A DNA stretch of 64,000 nucleotides from Minisyncoccota bacterium. GTDB lineage: Bacteria; Patescibacteriota; Minisyncoccia; Minisyncoccales; GWA2-38-27. The notes under the pieces are model-generated. The model ran no database searches. It had not been told where the DNA came from and was given only the letters and a program-made list of their open reading frames with translations. Positions 9,867 to 17,654 of the stretch are shown piece by piece; positions within the stretch are counted from its first letter, which is position 1, and each line of letters opens with the position of its first letter. The translations under genes were made by a program, and so were the position numbers. Location of the stretch: the NCBI GenBank assembly GCA_028687715.1, contig JAQTZP010000001.1:39876-103875 (forward strand), read 5' to 3'.

Positions 9867-10679
9867 ATGTTATCTAAAAATAGATTAGAAAAATTATATA
9901 AAAGCGGTTTATCTATAAAAAGAATATCTGAAATTGAAAATTTCCCTTACACCACTATAAAATATTGGATGAAAAGATATAATATTCCCCGCAGATCGAG
10001 AGTGGAGGCATGTTTTTACGGATATTGGGGTAAAAACAAAGAATTTTCAAGAATCCCAAAGCTTTTAACTATCGATAAAATCAAGGATTTTTATTATCGG
10101 AAGGGTTATAGTGTTAAAGAAGTAGCGGATTTACTTGGTTATTCTCCAAAAAGCATATATAGATTTATGGATAGAAATGATCTGAAGAGAAGGTCAAGTC
10201 GCGATACAAACAATCTTATTTTTATAAGGAAAAAACCTTCTTTCACTATTAAAAATGATTTAAAATTAGAAGAAGAAAAATTAAAATTAGCTGGTGTTAT
10301 GTTATATTGGGCAGAAGGAGCTAAGGATTTAAAAGAAAGAGACTGGAATACTGTTGATTTCGCAAATAGCGATCCCGAAATGATAAAAATTTTCTTAAAA
10401 TTTTTACGTGATATTTGTGGCGTCTATGAAAAACGATTAAGGGTTCAGTTATATTGTTACGTTGATCAAGATATAAATTTTTTAAAAAATCATTGGAAGA
10501 CAACTACAGGTATATCATTAGAACAATTTAATAGACCTTATATAAGAAAAGATTTTTTACCTGAAAAAAAGGGGAAAATGAAATTTGGAGTAGTTCATAT
10601 TAGATATTCGGATAAAAAGTTATTTCTACAAATAAAAGATTGGACAAGACAGTATTTGAATAAAATGTTGCCGATGTAG
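9867..10679 (+). CDS. HTH-containing LAGLIDADG-like (homing-endonuclease-like) protein filling the tRNA-Tyr/tRNA-Thr spacer
   Basis: The ATG immediately follows the tRNA-Tyr discriminator base, and the stop lies inside the first 10 nt of tRNA-Thr. Two HTH-like segments are present (LSIKRISEIENFPYTTIKYWMKRYNI; YSVKEVADLLGYSPKSIYRFM). KLAGVMLYWAEGAKD resembles a LAGLIDADG motif. Confidence 0.5.
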   Translation: MLSKNRLEKLYKSGLSIKRISEIENFPYTTIKYWMKRYNIPRRSRVEACFYGYWGKNKEFSRIPKLLTIDKIKDFYYRKGYSVKEVADLLGYSPKSIYRFMDRNDLKRRSSRDTNNLIFIRKKPSFTIKNDLKLEEEKLKLAGVMLYWAEGAKDLKERDWNTVDFANSDPEMIKIFLKFLRDICGVYEKRLRVQLYCYVDQDINFLKNHWKTTTGISLEQFNRPYIRKDFLPEKKGKMKFGVVHIRYSDKKLFLQIKDWTRQYLNKMLPM

Positions 10680-10741
10680 TTCAGTGGTAGAACACGTTCT
10701 TGGTAAGAACGAGGCCGAGAGTTCAATTCTCTCCATCGGCT
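10670..10741 (+). tRNA. tRNA-Thr (anticodon GGT)
   Basis: Acceptor GCCGATG/CATCGGC; anticodon stem CGTTC/GAACG with loop TTGGTAA; T arm GAGAGTTCAATTCTCTC. Confidence 0.85.
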
Positions 10742-10767
10742 CTTAATAAATTAAATTCCTTAAAATT

Positions 10768-10929
10768 ATGGCAAAAAGAAAACCATTTGTTAAACTTCAG
10801 TGTCAGGAATGCAAAAGAATAAATTATTTTACTCATAAGTCAAAAAAAGCAGATGAGAAGAAATTAGAGATAAAGAAATTCTGCAACTGGTGCAGGAAGC
10901 ACACAGTCCACAAAGAGGCGAAAAGGTAA
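10768..10929 (+). CDS. rpmG: Ribosomal protein L33 (53 aa; below ORF-track cutoff)
   Basis: Hand translation: MAKRKPFVKLQCQECKRINYFTHKSKKADEKKLEIKKFCNWCRKHTVHKEAKR*. Confidence 0.85.
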   Translation: MAKRKPFVKLQCQECKRINYFTHKSKKADEKKLEIKKFCNWCRKHTVHKEAKR

Positions 10930-10949
10930 AATAAAATAGAATTAAGCTT

Positions 10950-11237
10950 ATGAAAAGAGATAATAAAGAAATAAAAATCGGTGCCTGTGGGATTTGTTGT
11001 GAGAGTTGTGGTCTCTACACGAGGGCTGTTTGTTCTGGCTGTAATAAAACCGAAGAAGGCGTGAGATTCTTGAAAAGCATCAATGCTAATTGTCCTATTT
11101 TGGAATGTGCTGTGAGAAATAAGATAGATGTGTGCTCAAGAGATTGTGAAAATTTCCCGTGTGATAAATTTAGAGATTGGCCATTGGCTAAAGAATGGCT
11201 CGAAATGTATAAAGAAAGATTAAAAAGAAAGAAATAG
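10950..11237 (+). CDS. Small Cys-rich protein, DUF3795-like (putative metal/Fe-S binding)
   Basis: GACGICCESCGLY...CSGC...CPILECA...CSRDCENFPCDKF cysteine pattern. The family name is recalled from memory. Confidence 0.5.
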   Translation: MKRDNKEIKIGACGICCESCGLYTRAVCSGCNKTEEGVRFLKSINANCPILECAVRNKIDVCSRDCENFPCDKFRDWPLAKEWLEMYKERLKRKK

Positions 11238-11283
11238 GTTGTCCCACCGTTAGGAAAAATCCGTTATAATAAAAACAGAATTT

Positions 11284-11793
11284 ATGCTTAATAAATTCGT
11301 CAAGGGGAAAGTTTATGTTTTTATTGATGCCGCTAATACGTTTTATGCCCAGCGGACTTTAGGATGGAAAATATCTTACGAAAAGTTAATGCGATACTTT
11401 AAAAAAGAATGCGGAGAAGATACCAAATGTTTTATTTATGCCGCCTATGACGAAAGCAAACAAGCCGAACAGAAGTTTTTAGATATGCTGGATATCAATG
11501 GCTATATTTTACGTACTAAAGCCATTAAGAAAATCCAGATAAGCGCTAACCGCGATAAACATAAGGGCAACTTGGATATGGAGTTAGCTTTTGAAATGGT
11601 GGATTTAACAGATAAATATGATACAGCGATATTGATGTCTGGAGATAGTGATTTTTCTGTCCCCATTGATAAGATTAAAAAGAGAAGAAAACAAATCATT
11701 GTTATATCCACACGAGGGCGGATTTCCCGTGAACTTTTGGAAAGAGCAAAGTATATTGATTTACGTAAATTAAGAGATGAAATTTCGCAATAA
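11284..11793 (+). CDS. NYN-domain (LabA/DUF88-like, PIN-like fold) protein
   Basis: KVYVFIDAANTFY...LDMELAFEMV...AILMSGDSDF...IIVISTRG matches the NYN/LabA acidic-residue pattern. Confidence 0.7.
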   Translation: MLNKFVKGKVYVFIDAANTFYAQRTLGWKISYEKLMRYFKKECGEDTKCFIYAAYDESKQAEQKFLDMLDINGYILRTKAIKKIQISANRDKHKGNLDMELAFEMVDLTDKYDTAILMSGDSDFSVPIDKIKKRRKQIIVISTRGRISRELLERAKYIDLRKLRDEISQ

Positions 11794-11837
11794 AAAAATC
11801 TGGAGCTGTCCCGAAAGACACTCCAGAGTGCTATCAC
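11792..11837 (-). ncRNA. Candidate ~45-nt RNA: consensus promoter followed directly by a UUCG-capped hairpin and U-tract, convergent on the NYN gene
   Basis: Minus strand: TTGACA (11872-11867), 17-nt spacer, TATACT (11849-11844). Hairpin 11827-11799 is UCUGGAGUGUCU-UUCG-GGACAGCUCCAGA. U7 lies at 11798-11792, overlapping the NYN stop codon. Confidence 0.45.
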
Positions 11838-11940
11838 ATTATCAGTATAACAAACCTCAAAAAGCCTGTCAAGGCCAGTTGTCCACTTTTTAAATTAAAA
11901 AAATTATCCTGTTAAAGGTCTGCCTTAAAATCCCTGTATT

Positions 11941-12003
11941 GAATTGAAAAAATTCTGCAAGTGGTGCCGGAAGCACACGGTGCATAAAGAAACGAAGAAA
12001 TAA
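11941..12003 (+). repeat. Second copy of the rpmG 3' end (coding potential retained: ELKKFCKWCRKHTVHKETKK*)
   Basis: Aligns with 10868-10929 (EIKKFCNWCRKHTVHKEAKR*), differing mostly at synonymous or conservative positions. Confidence 0.8.
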
Positions 12004-12011
12004 TAAATGAT

Positions 12012-12353
12012 ATGAGTATAATAGCTGAATACAATCCAGACTTGGCTTTGAGAAATATATCTGAGTTTAAGTCGGGAGACAGAAAAGAAGAAGAATGTAT
12101 TCCAGAAAACCTTAAAGGAGGTGAAATATACCCTTTCTTAAAGAAAGGCCAAAGGCATTACTGGTTAGAAGGTGAAATACCTTTAGTTGAAACAAAAGGA
12201 GAAGGAAAACTTTCAAGACCCAAAGCCAGTATAATAGTTTTAGAAGCTACTTACTTTCTGAAAGATAAAGAAGTTTGGACAAGAGGAAAGTATAAAGTTA
12301 TAGAATTTTTTAATGATGATCAGATCCATTTTGAGGGATTTGAAAAACTTTAG
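12012..12353 (+). CDS. Hypothetical protein (113 aa); its last codons run into the third rpmG-3' copy
   Basis: ORF only; no motif recognised. Confidence 0.4.
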   Translation: MSIIAEYNPDLALRNISEFKSGDRKEEECIPENLKGGEIYPFLKKGQRHYWLEGEIPLVETKGEGKLSRPKASIIVLEATYFLKDKEVWTRGKYKVIEFFNDDQIHFEGFEKL

Positions 12354-12392
12354 AAGTGGTATAGAAAGCACACGGTTCATAAAGAAGTAAAT
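12345..12392 (+). repeat. Third, decayed copy of the rpmG 3' end
   Basis: gaaaaactttagaagtggtatagaaagcacacggttcataaagaagtaa aligns to copy 2, but with an in-frame stop and both Cys codons lost. Confidence 0.65.
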
Positions 12393-12414
12393 AATTATAC
12401 TAATTTATCAAAAT

Positions 12415-12852
12415 ATGAGATTAATGATCTGCGGCAGTATGTATTTTGCCAAAGAGATGCTTAAAGCAAAGAAAACATTAGAAGAGCTCGGCCATGAAGT
12501 TAGGGTTCCTTCAGATGTTTATCAGTGTATTGAAAATCCTGATTTAAATATGGATTTAGAATACTGCTTGGATACTGATATTGATAAGAAGGATTTTAAT
12601 CAAGTGGCGGAAAGCGAGGGGATAGTAGTTTTGAATTATCCCAAGAATAATATCATAGGATATATAGGAGGAGCTTCTCTTATGGAAATAGGGATTGCCA
12701 GGCATCTTGGAAAGAAGATATTTTTATTGTATAATCCTCCAAGCGAGAAGGATTTAAGATACGCGCTTGAGGTAAAGGTATCAAGGCCTATAATACTTAA
12801 TGGAGATTTTAAAAACATTAATAATTATATAGATAATCGGGTCCGTAGTTAA
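12415..12852 (+). CDS. Nucleoside 2-deoxyribosyltransferase-like small Rossmannoid protein
   Basis: MRLMICGSMYF...GIVVLNY...GGASLMEIGIARHLGKKIFLL pattern. The 3' end overlaps tRNA-Trp by ~14 nt. Confidence 0.45.
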   Translation: MRLMICGSMYFAKEMLKAKKTLEELGHEVRVPSDVYQCIENPDLNMDLEYCLDTDIDKKDFNQVAESEGIVVLNYPKNNIIGYIGGASLMEIGIARHLGKKIFLLYNPPSEKDLRYALEVKVSRPIILNGDFKNINNYIDNRVRS

Positions 12853-12909
12853 ATGGTATAATTTTGGTCTCCAAAACCGAAGTTCTCTGTTCGAATCAGA
12901 GCGGACCCG
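12839..12909 (+). tRNA. tRNA-Trp (anticodon CCA)
   Basis: Acceptor GGGTCCG/CGGACCC; anticodon loop CTCCAAA; T arm CTCTGTTCGAATCAGAG. Confidence 0.85.
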
Positions 12910-12917
12910 CAGCACGA

Positions 12918-12943
12918 ACATGCCTTTTGGCGTGTATTTTTTT
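12918..12943 (+). terminator. Intrinsic terminator after tRNA-Trp
   Basis: ACATGCC-TTTT-GGCGTGT followed by ATTTTTTT. Confidence 0.6.
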
Positions 12944-12966
12944 ACATTTTAGGTTAAAATAAAATA

Positions 12967-13455
12967 ATGATAATGGAAATTAAAAAATATAAAGATAGAG
13001 TTTTAAGGAAAAAGTGCCAGGAAGTTAAAGAAATAACTCCGGAGATTTTAAAGATAATAGATGGTATGTCTGAAACGATTAAAAAAGAAAGAGGCGTTGG
13101 TTTAGCCGCTCCGCAGGTAGGAGTAAGCAAGAGAATGATAGTTATTAATCTTGATTTTATGAAATCGGGAGTTTTTGAAGTCATTAATCCTAAAATTATC
13201 AGAAAAAGCAAGGAAGAAGAAATAGGAGAAGAAGGATGTTTAAGCTTCCCCAATGTTTTTTTAGAGATTAAACGGTCCAAAGAAGTAGAGGTTATAGGCT
13301 TGGATAGATACGGCAGAAAGTTTGAAATGAAAGCCGAAGGGATATTGGCAAGGATTTTTCAGCATGAAATTGATCATTTAGACGGCATTTTATTTTTTGA
13401 CAGGCTTCCTTTTATTAAGAGGTTGAAATTCAAGATTTTTGCAAAGAAGAAATGA
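12967..13455 (+). CDS. def: Peptide deformylase
   Basis: GVGLAAPQVG, EGCLSFP and HEIDHLDG motifs. Confidence 0.9.
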   Translation: MIMEIKKYKDRVLRKKCQEVKEITPEILKIIDGMSETIKKERGVGLAAPQVGVSKRMIVINLDFMKSGVFEVINPKIIRKSKEEEIGEEGCLSFPNVFLEIKRSKEVEVIGLDRYGRKFEMKAEGILARIFQHEIDHLDGILFFDRLPFIKRLKFKIFAKKK

Positions 13456-14072
13456 ACTTAATAGATTCTTTGATAAAAGACAATTGGCTTAAAACTCCTT
13501 TGATAATAGAGGCCTTTAGAAAGATTAAAAGGGCTGATTTTCTGCCAGAGGGAATCACTGAACTGGCCGAATTAAACGAAGCAATTCCTATTGGATTCGG
13601 ACAAACCATTTCTCAGCCGCTTGTTGTTGCTTTTATGATAGAGCAGTTAAATCCTAGACCAGGCCATAAAATCTTAGATATTGGTTCTGGTTCAGGATGG
13701 ACCACTGCTTTATTGTCGTATATTGTAGGAAGTAAATCTGAAGGTAAGGTTATAGCGCTTGAGATAGTGCCGGAGCTAAAGGAATTCGGAGAGGAAAATG
13801 CATCAAAGTACGACTTTATTAAAAAAGGCATAGCTGAATTTATTTCTATTGACGGCTCCTTCGGCTATTTAAAAAAAGCTCCCTATGACGGGATAATAGC
13901 TTCCGCTAGTTCTCAGATAATTCCTGAACCTTGGAAAGAACAATTGAAAATAGGAGGAAGAATCGTTGCTCCTGTTAAATCATCTATCTGGGTCTTAGAG
14001 AAGAAATCTGAAAGAGAATTCATTGAAGCTGAATATCCTGGTTTCAGCTTCGTTCCCCTGGTTTCAAAATAA
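13452..14072 (+). CDS. pcm: Protein-L-isoaspartate O-methyltransferase
   Basis: GFGQTISQP and ILDIGSGSGW (SAM-binding) motifs. Confidence 0.8.
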   Translation: MNLIDSLIKDNWLKTPLIIEAFRKIKRADFLPEGITELAELNEAIPIGFGQTISQPLVVAFMIEQLNPRPGHKILDIGSGSGWTTALLSYIVGSKSEGKVIALEIVPELKEFGEENASKYDFIKKGIAEFISIDGSFGYLKKAPYDGIIASASSQIIPEPWKEQLKIGGRIVAPVKSSIWVLEKKSEREFIEAEYPGFSFVPLVSK

Positions 14073-15070
14073 TGAAGTATTTTAGATTTACAATTATATC
14101 ATTGGTTGTTCTGTCAGGCATAGCTTCTTTTTTTATTTGGATAGGCATTTATCTTCCAATAGATTCAAACTCAAAAGAGGAGATGGTTTTTTCAATAAAA
14201 AGAGGAGAAGGATTAAATGACATATCCTTGAATTTAGAAAAAGAGGGGATTCTAAGACGGGGTTGTCTTTTCAGATTATATGTTATTTTAACGGGAAAAC
14301 AGTCCAAACTTAAAGCTGGAAACTATATCCTTTTAAAATCAATGAGCATTGATGAAATTGCTGATAAGTTTGTCTTAGGGGACTTTATCAAGAATAAAGT
14401 TACCATAGTAGAGGGCTGGAGTCTAAAAGATATCGCTGATTATCTTGAAGAAAAAGGAATCATAAAAAAAGATGATTTTATAGCATCAGCTGGTTCTAAT
14501 AACGATTTAATCAGTAAATACAGCTTTTTGTCTGACAAGCCCGAGGGATTAAGCTTGGAAGGCTATCTTTTCCCAGATACTTATGAAATATTTGAGGGGG
14601 AGACAGCTAGTGAGATTATCAGGGATATGCTTGATAATTTTAACAGAAAACTGACAACTGAAATTAAAGAAGAGATTAAGAATCAGCAAAAAAGCATCTT
14701 TGATATTGTCACAATGGCGTCAATGATAGAGAAGGAGGTTATAACAATAGAAGATAAAAAAGTCGTTTCAGGGATTTTGTGGAAGAGGCTTAAAACAGGA
14801 ATGCCTCTTCAGGTAGACGCCACTATCTCATATATAACAGACAAGAAAACCACAGCTATCTCATTATCAGATTTAAATATTGATTCCTTTTACAACACCT
14901 ATAAGTATAAAGGGCTTCCTATAGGTCCTATTTCCAATCCGGGAATAGAAAGCATATTAGCGGCAGTTTATCCTACAGAAAGCGAATACTGGTATTATCT
15001 TTCAACTCCTGAAGGAGAAACAATTTTCAATAAGACTTTAAAAGAGCATGAGCTTGATAGGACTAAATAA
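14072..15070 (+). CDS. mltG: Endolytic murein transglycosylase MltG (YceG-like)
   Basis: N-terminal TM helix, LEGYLFPDTY, and QVDATISY near the C-terminus. Confidence 0.8.
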   Translation: MKYFRFTIISLVVLSGIASFFIWIGIYLPIDSNSKEEMVFSIKRGEGLNDISLNLEKEGILRRGCLFRLYVILTGKQSKLKAGNYILLKSMSIDEIADKFVLGDFIKNKVTIVEGWSLKDIADYLEEKGIIKKDDFIASAGSNNDLISKYSFLSDKPEGLSLEGYLFPDTYEIFEGETASEIIRDMLDNFNRKLTTEIKEEIKNQQKSIFDIVTMASMIEKEVITIEDKKVVSGILWKRLKTGMPLQVDATISYITDKKTTAISLSDLNIDSFYNTYKYKGLPIGPISNPGIESILAAVYPTESEYWYYLSTPEGETIFNKTLKEHELDRTK

Positions 15071-15742
15071 ATGAAATCTTTTACAATAATTTTAGCAATT
15101 GGTATAATAATTCTAATAAGCGTCTTTTTGGTTTATAAAATGATTAATGAAAAAGCCGCCTCAGATGAGGTTGAGAAGAGTTTGGAAAAAGCATATATGG
15201 AGAAATCACTTCAAGGTAAAAAAATAGCTATAATTATTGCTTTCAGGGACTTTAAGGACGAAGAATACTTTATCCCTAAAAACATTCTAGAATCAGCAGG
15301 CGCTTTAATTTATACCATAAGCAGTTCTTTGGGAACCGCACTGGGATCTTCAGGCGGAGAGGCAGAGATTGACAGGCTCTTAAAGGATTTGAATGTTTCA
15401 GATTACGATGCTGTTTTATTTATCGGAGGTTCTGGCGCTTCTAAATATATAGATGATAAAGACAGCCATAGAGTTATTGAGCAGGCAGTTGATAATAATA
15501 AGGTTTTAGGGGCAATCTGCATTGCTCCGGCAATCTTGGCAAAGGCTGGCGTCCTAAAAGGCAAAAAAGCAGCTGTCTGGAGCTCTTTAATGGATAAATC
15601 CGCTGTAAAGATTCTGAAAGAGGAGGGAGCTCTCTATCTTCAAGATTCAGTAGTTATCGACGGAAAGATAATTACTGCTTCTGGGCCTGATTATTCAAAA
15701 GAGTTTTCTGAAAAGGTAATTGAGGTTTTAAAAAATGAATAA
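15071..15742 (+). CDS. DJ-1/PfpI family protein with N-terminal membrane anchor
   Basis: VLFIGGSGA...LGAICIAPAILAKAGVLKGKK nucleophile-elbow Cys pattern. Confidence 0.7.
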   Translation: MKSFTIILAIGIIILISVFLVYKMINEKAASDEVEKSLEKAYMEKSLQGKKIAIIIAFRDFKDEEYFIPKNILESAGALIYTISSSLGTALGSSGGEAEIDRLLKDLNVSDYDAVLFIGGSGASKYIDDKDSHRVIEQAVDNNKVLGAICIAPAILAKAGVLKGKKAAVWSSLMDKSAVKILKEEGALYLQDSVVIDGKIITASGPDYSKEFSEKVIEVLKNE

Positions 15743-16376
15743 TTTTGATTTATTCTCAAATCTTCATTTGATATTTTTCACCATTTTCTTTTTAGTTGTT
15801 TTTGTTTTATTCCACTTTGCTGTAATTTCTTTGATACTGGCAAAAGGAAATCCTGAAAAGATATTAAAGGGCAGGAAGATTCTCAAGTCAGCCTTTATCT
15901 CTCTGTCTGTCTTTCTGTTTACTCTTTTGATTTTCTATTCAGTCTCTTATTTTATAAAAAAAGGAGAGGTTTTAGAGCCTTCAGAGGATAGTTTGAAAAA
16001 TTTGCCCCAGCTTTCATATCAGAGAACTAGTTTCCCGGAACCTCCCAATTTTATTGAAATAGGCAAGTATTATTTTTCAGGCCCTGTGCCTCTTGAGGGA
16101 AATGAAAAGCTTAAAAAGGAATCTATATTTGCGGTTTTATGCCAAAAAGACAATGACTATGCTATATTGTATATTGGAGACGGACAAAGCGGTTTAAACC
16201 TTTTGAAACATTATCAGTATAACTGCTGGCTCTCAAGCTGTTTTAACAGCAAAAAAAGCCTTTATCTGGCAGTAATTCCATTTGCTTCTGATGATTCTTT
16301 AACTATAGGAGAGTCAAAGAAAGATATAATGAGAAAAGAAATAATTAAAAATACTAATCCTGTCTGTTTTGATTAA
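15735..16376 (+). CDS. Hypothetical membrane protein
   Basis: Two predicted TM helices; no recognised motif. Confidence 0.4.
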   Translation: MNNFDLFSNLHLIFFTIFFLVVFVLFHFAVISLILAKGNPEKILKGRKILKSAFISLSVFLFTLLIFYSVSYFIKKGEVLEPSEDSLKNLPQLSYQRTSFPEPPNFIEIGKYYFSGPVPLEGNEKLKKESIFAVLCQKDNDYAILYIGDGQSGLNLLKHYQYNCWLSSCFNSKKSLYLAVIPFASDDSLTIGESKKDIMRKEIIKNTNPVCFD

Positions 16377-16400
16377 TAATTAAACTTAAAAATTAAAAAT

Positions 16401-17534
16401 ATGTGGCCATTTAGTTTAGAAAAAAGCTTAGGGTATCTCTTAATTTTCGCTATTTTAATCACCTTAATATTTCTAGGTTATATATTTATTGGATTCTTTT
16501 CAAAAAAGGTTGAAGTTTTATCTCCTAACGGAGGAGAAGAAATGGCTTTGGGGGAGATGTATAAAGTATCGTGGTCATCCAGAGGCGTAGACAGAGTGGG
16601 AATAGTCTTATTTGAAGGCACCGAGCCTAAATGGATTGCCGAAAACATTGATGCTAAGTTGGGGGAGTATAATTGGAAGATTTATCCCGGCCAGAACTAC
16701 GGAGACAACTACTGGGTTAGTGTATTCGAATATCCCTGGAAAAAGGGGAACAAGATAGATTATTCTGACGGAGCTTTTGCCATTGTTTACTCAGAATTAA
16801 GCGGCTGCGAAGCCTTATCGGTTCAGAATCAATGGCCTTATCTTCCCAGTGATTTAGATAAAGTGAGGAGGGTCTTTATCACTCAAAGCAGTTATTCCGG
16901 AAACTTAGAAGGATTGGAGGGAGCTGATAGAATCTGTATGAGCGAAGCTGTCAAACAGGGTTATGACGGATCCTGGCATGCTTTCATAGGAGGGGACAGC
17001 GATGCAGATACAGCAGTAGAAAGACTTAAAAAGACATCAAGCGGACAGACCGGTGTTTTTGTTGAGGCAAAGCAGGCTTCTTCTTTAATCAGAGGAGCCA
17101 GCTGCCATCGTCTTTTAGGCAAGGACCTAAGCGCTTTCATAGAGATTTTCTCTAACTCGTCTTTGATTAATAAGGAAAAATTAAGCCAGGAGTTTTTAAC
17201 TGATTTAGATAATATCTGGCTTGGCAGAATAAATACCAAAAGCAAAAAGAACTGCATTGGCATTTCTTCTACCTCGGCTTACCAGCCGGCGGGAGAAAAA
17301 CAAAGCTACACTTCAACCTGTCAGAACTGGACAGCCGGAGGAGAGTTTGTAGAAGGTTATCCCGGTTCTGGTTCTTTTCCAACCTGTTATACTACTTCAG
17401 GTTCAGCGATAAAAACAGTGGGTCTGGCTGGTTTAGGCATTGGATCTCTTGGAACTGGCAATGAAAAAGCTTTTACTCCTTTTGAGGGCAAGAAATGCAG
17501 TGAAAGTCATAAGCTTATCTGTATAGAAGAATAG
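16401..17534 (+). CDS. Hypothetical membrane-anchored extracytoplasmic Cys-containing protein
   Basis: N-terminal TM helix. VFITQSSYSGNLEGLEGADRICMSEA loosely recalls DUF1554-type proteins (memory only). Confidence 0.35.
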   Translation: MWPFSLEKSLGYLLIFAILITLIFLGYIFIGFFSKKVEVLSPNGGEEMALGEMYKVSWSSRGVDRVGIVLFEGTEPKWIAENIDAKLGEYNWKIYPGQNYGDNYWVSVFEYPWKKGNKIDYSDGAFAIVYSELSGCEALSVQNQWPYLPSDLDKVRRVFITQSSYSGNLEGLEGADRICMSEAVKQGYDGSWHAFIGGDSDADTAVERLKKTSSGQTGVFVEAKQASSLIRGASCHRLLGKDLSAFIEIFSNSSLINKEKLSQEFLTDLDNIWLGRINTKSKKNCIGISSTSAYQPAGEKQSYTSTCQNWTAGGEFVEGYPGSGSFPTCYTTSGSAIKTVGLAGLGIGSLGTGNEKAFTPFEGKKCSESHKLICIEE

Positions 17535-17654
17535 AGATAAAACTAATTATTGATATAATTTCTTAGTTTTATGCTATTAAAATTAGTATAAATAAATATA
17601 CTCTAAAAAGAATTGTGTCCATTTTTTGATTTTGCTATAATAAAAGAGAAGATT

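Noticed and set aside
11502-11837. 111-aa minus-strand ORF antisense to the NYN gene
   Set aside because: It lies entirely antisense within a gene that has clear domain motifs. It has no RBS and starts inside the hairpin/terminator of the micro-RNA unit.
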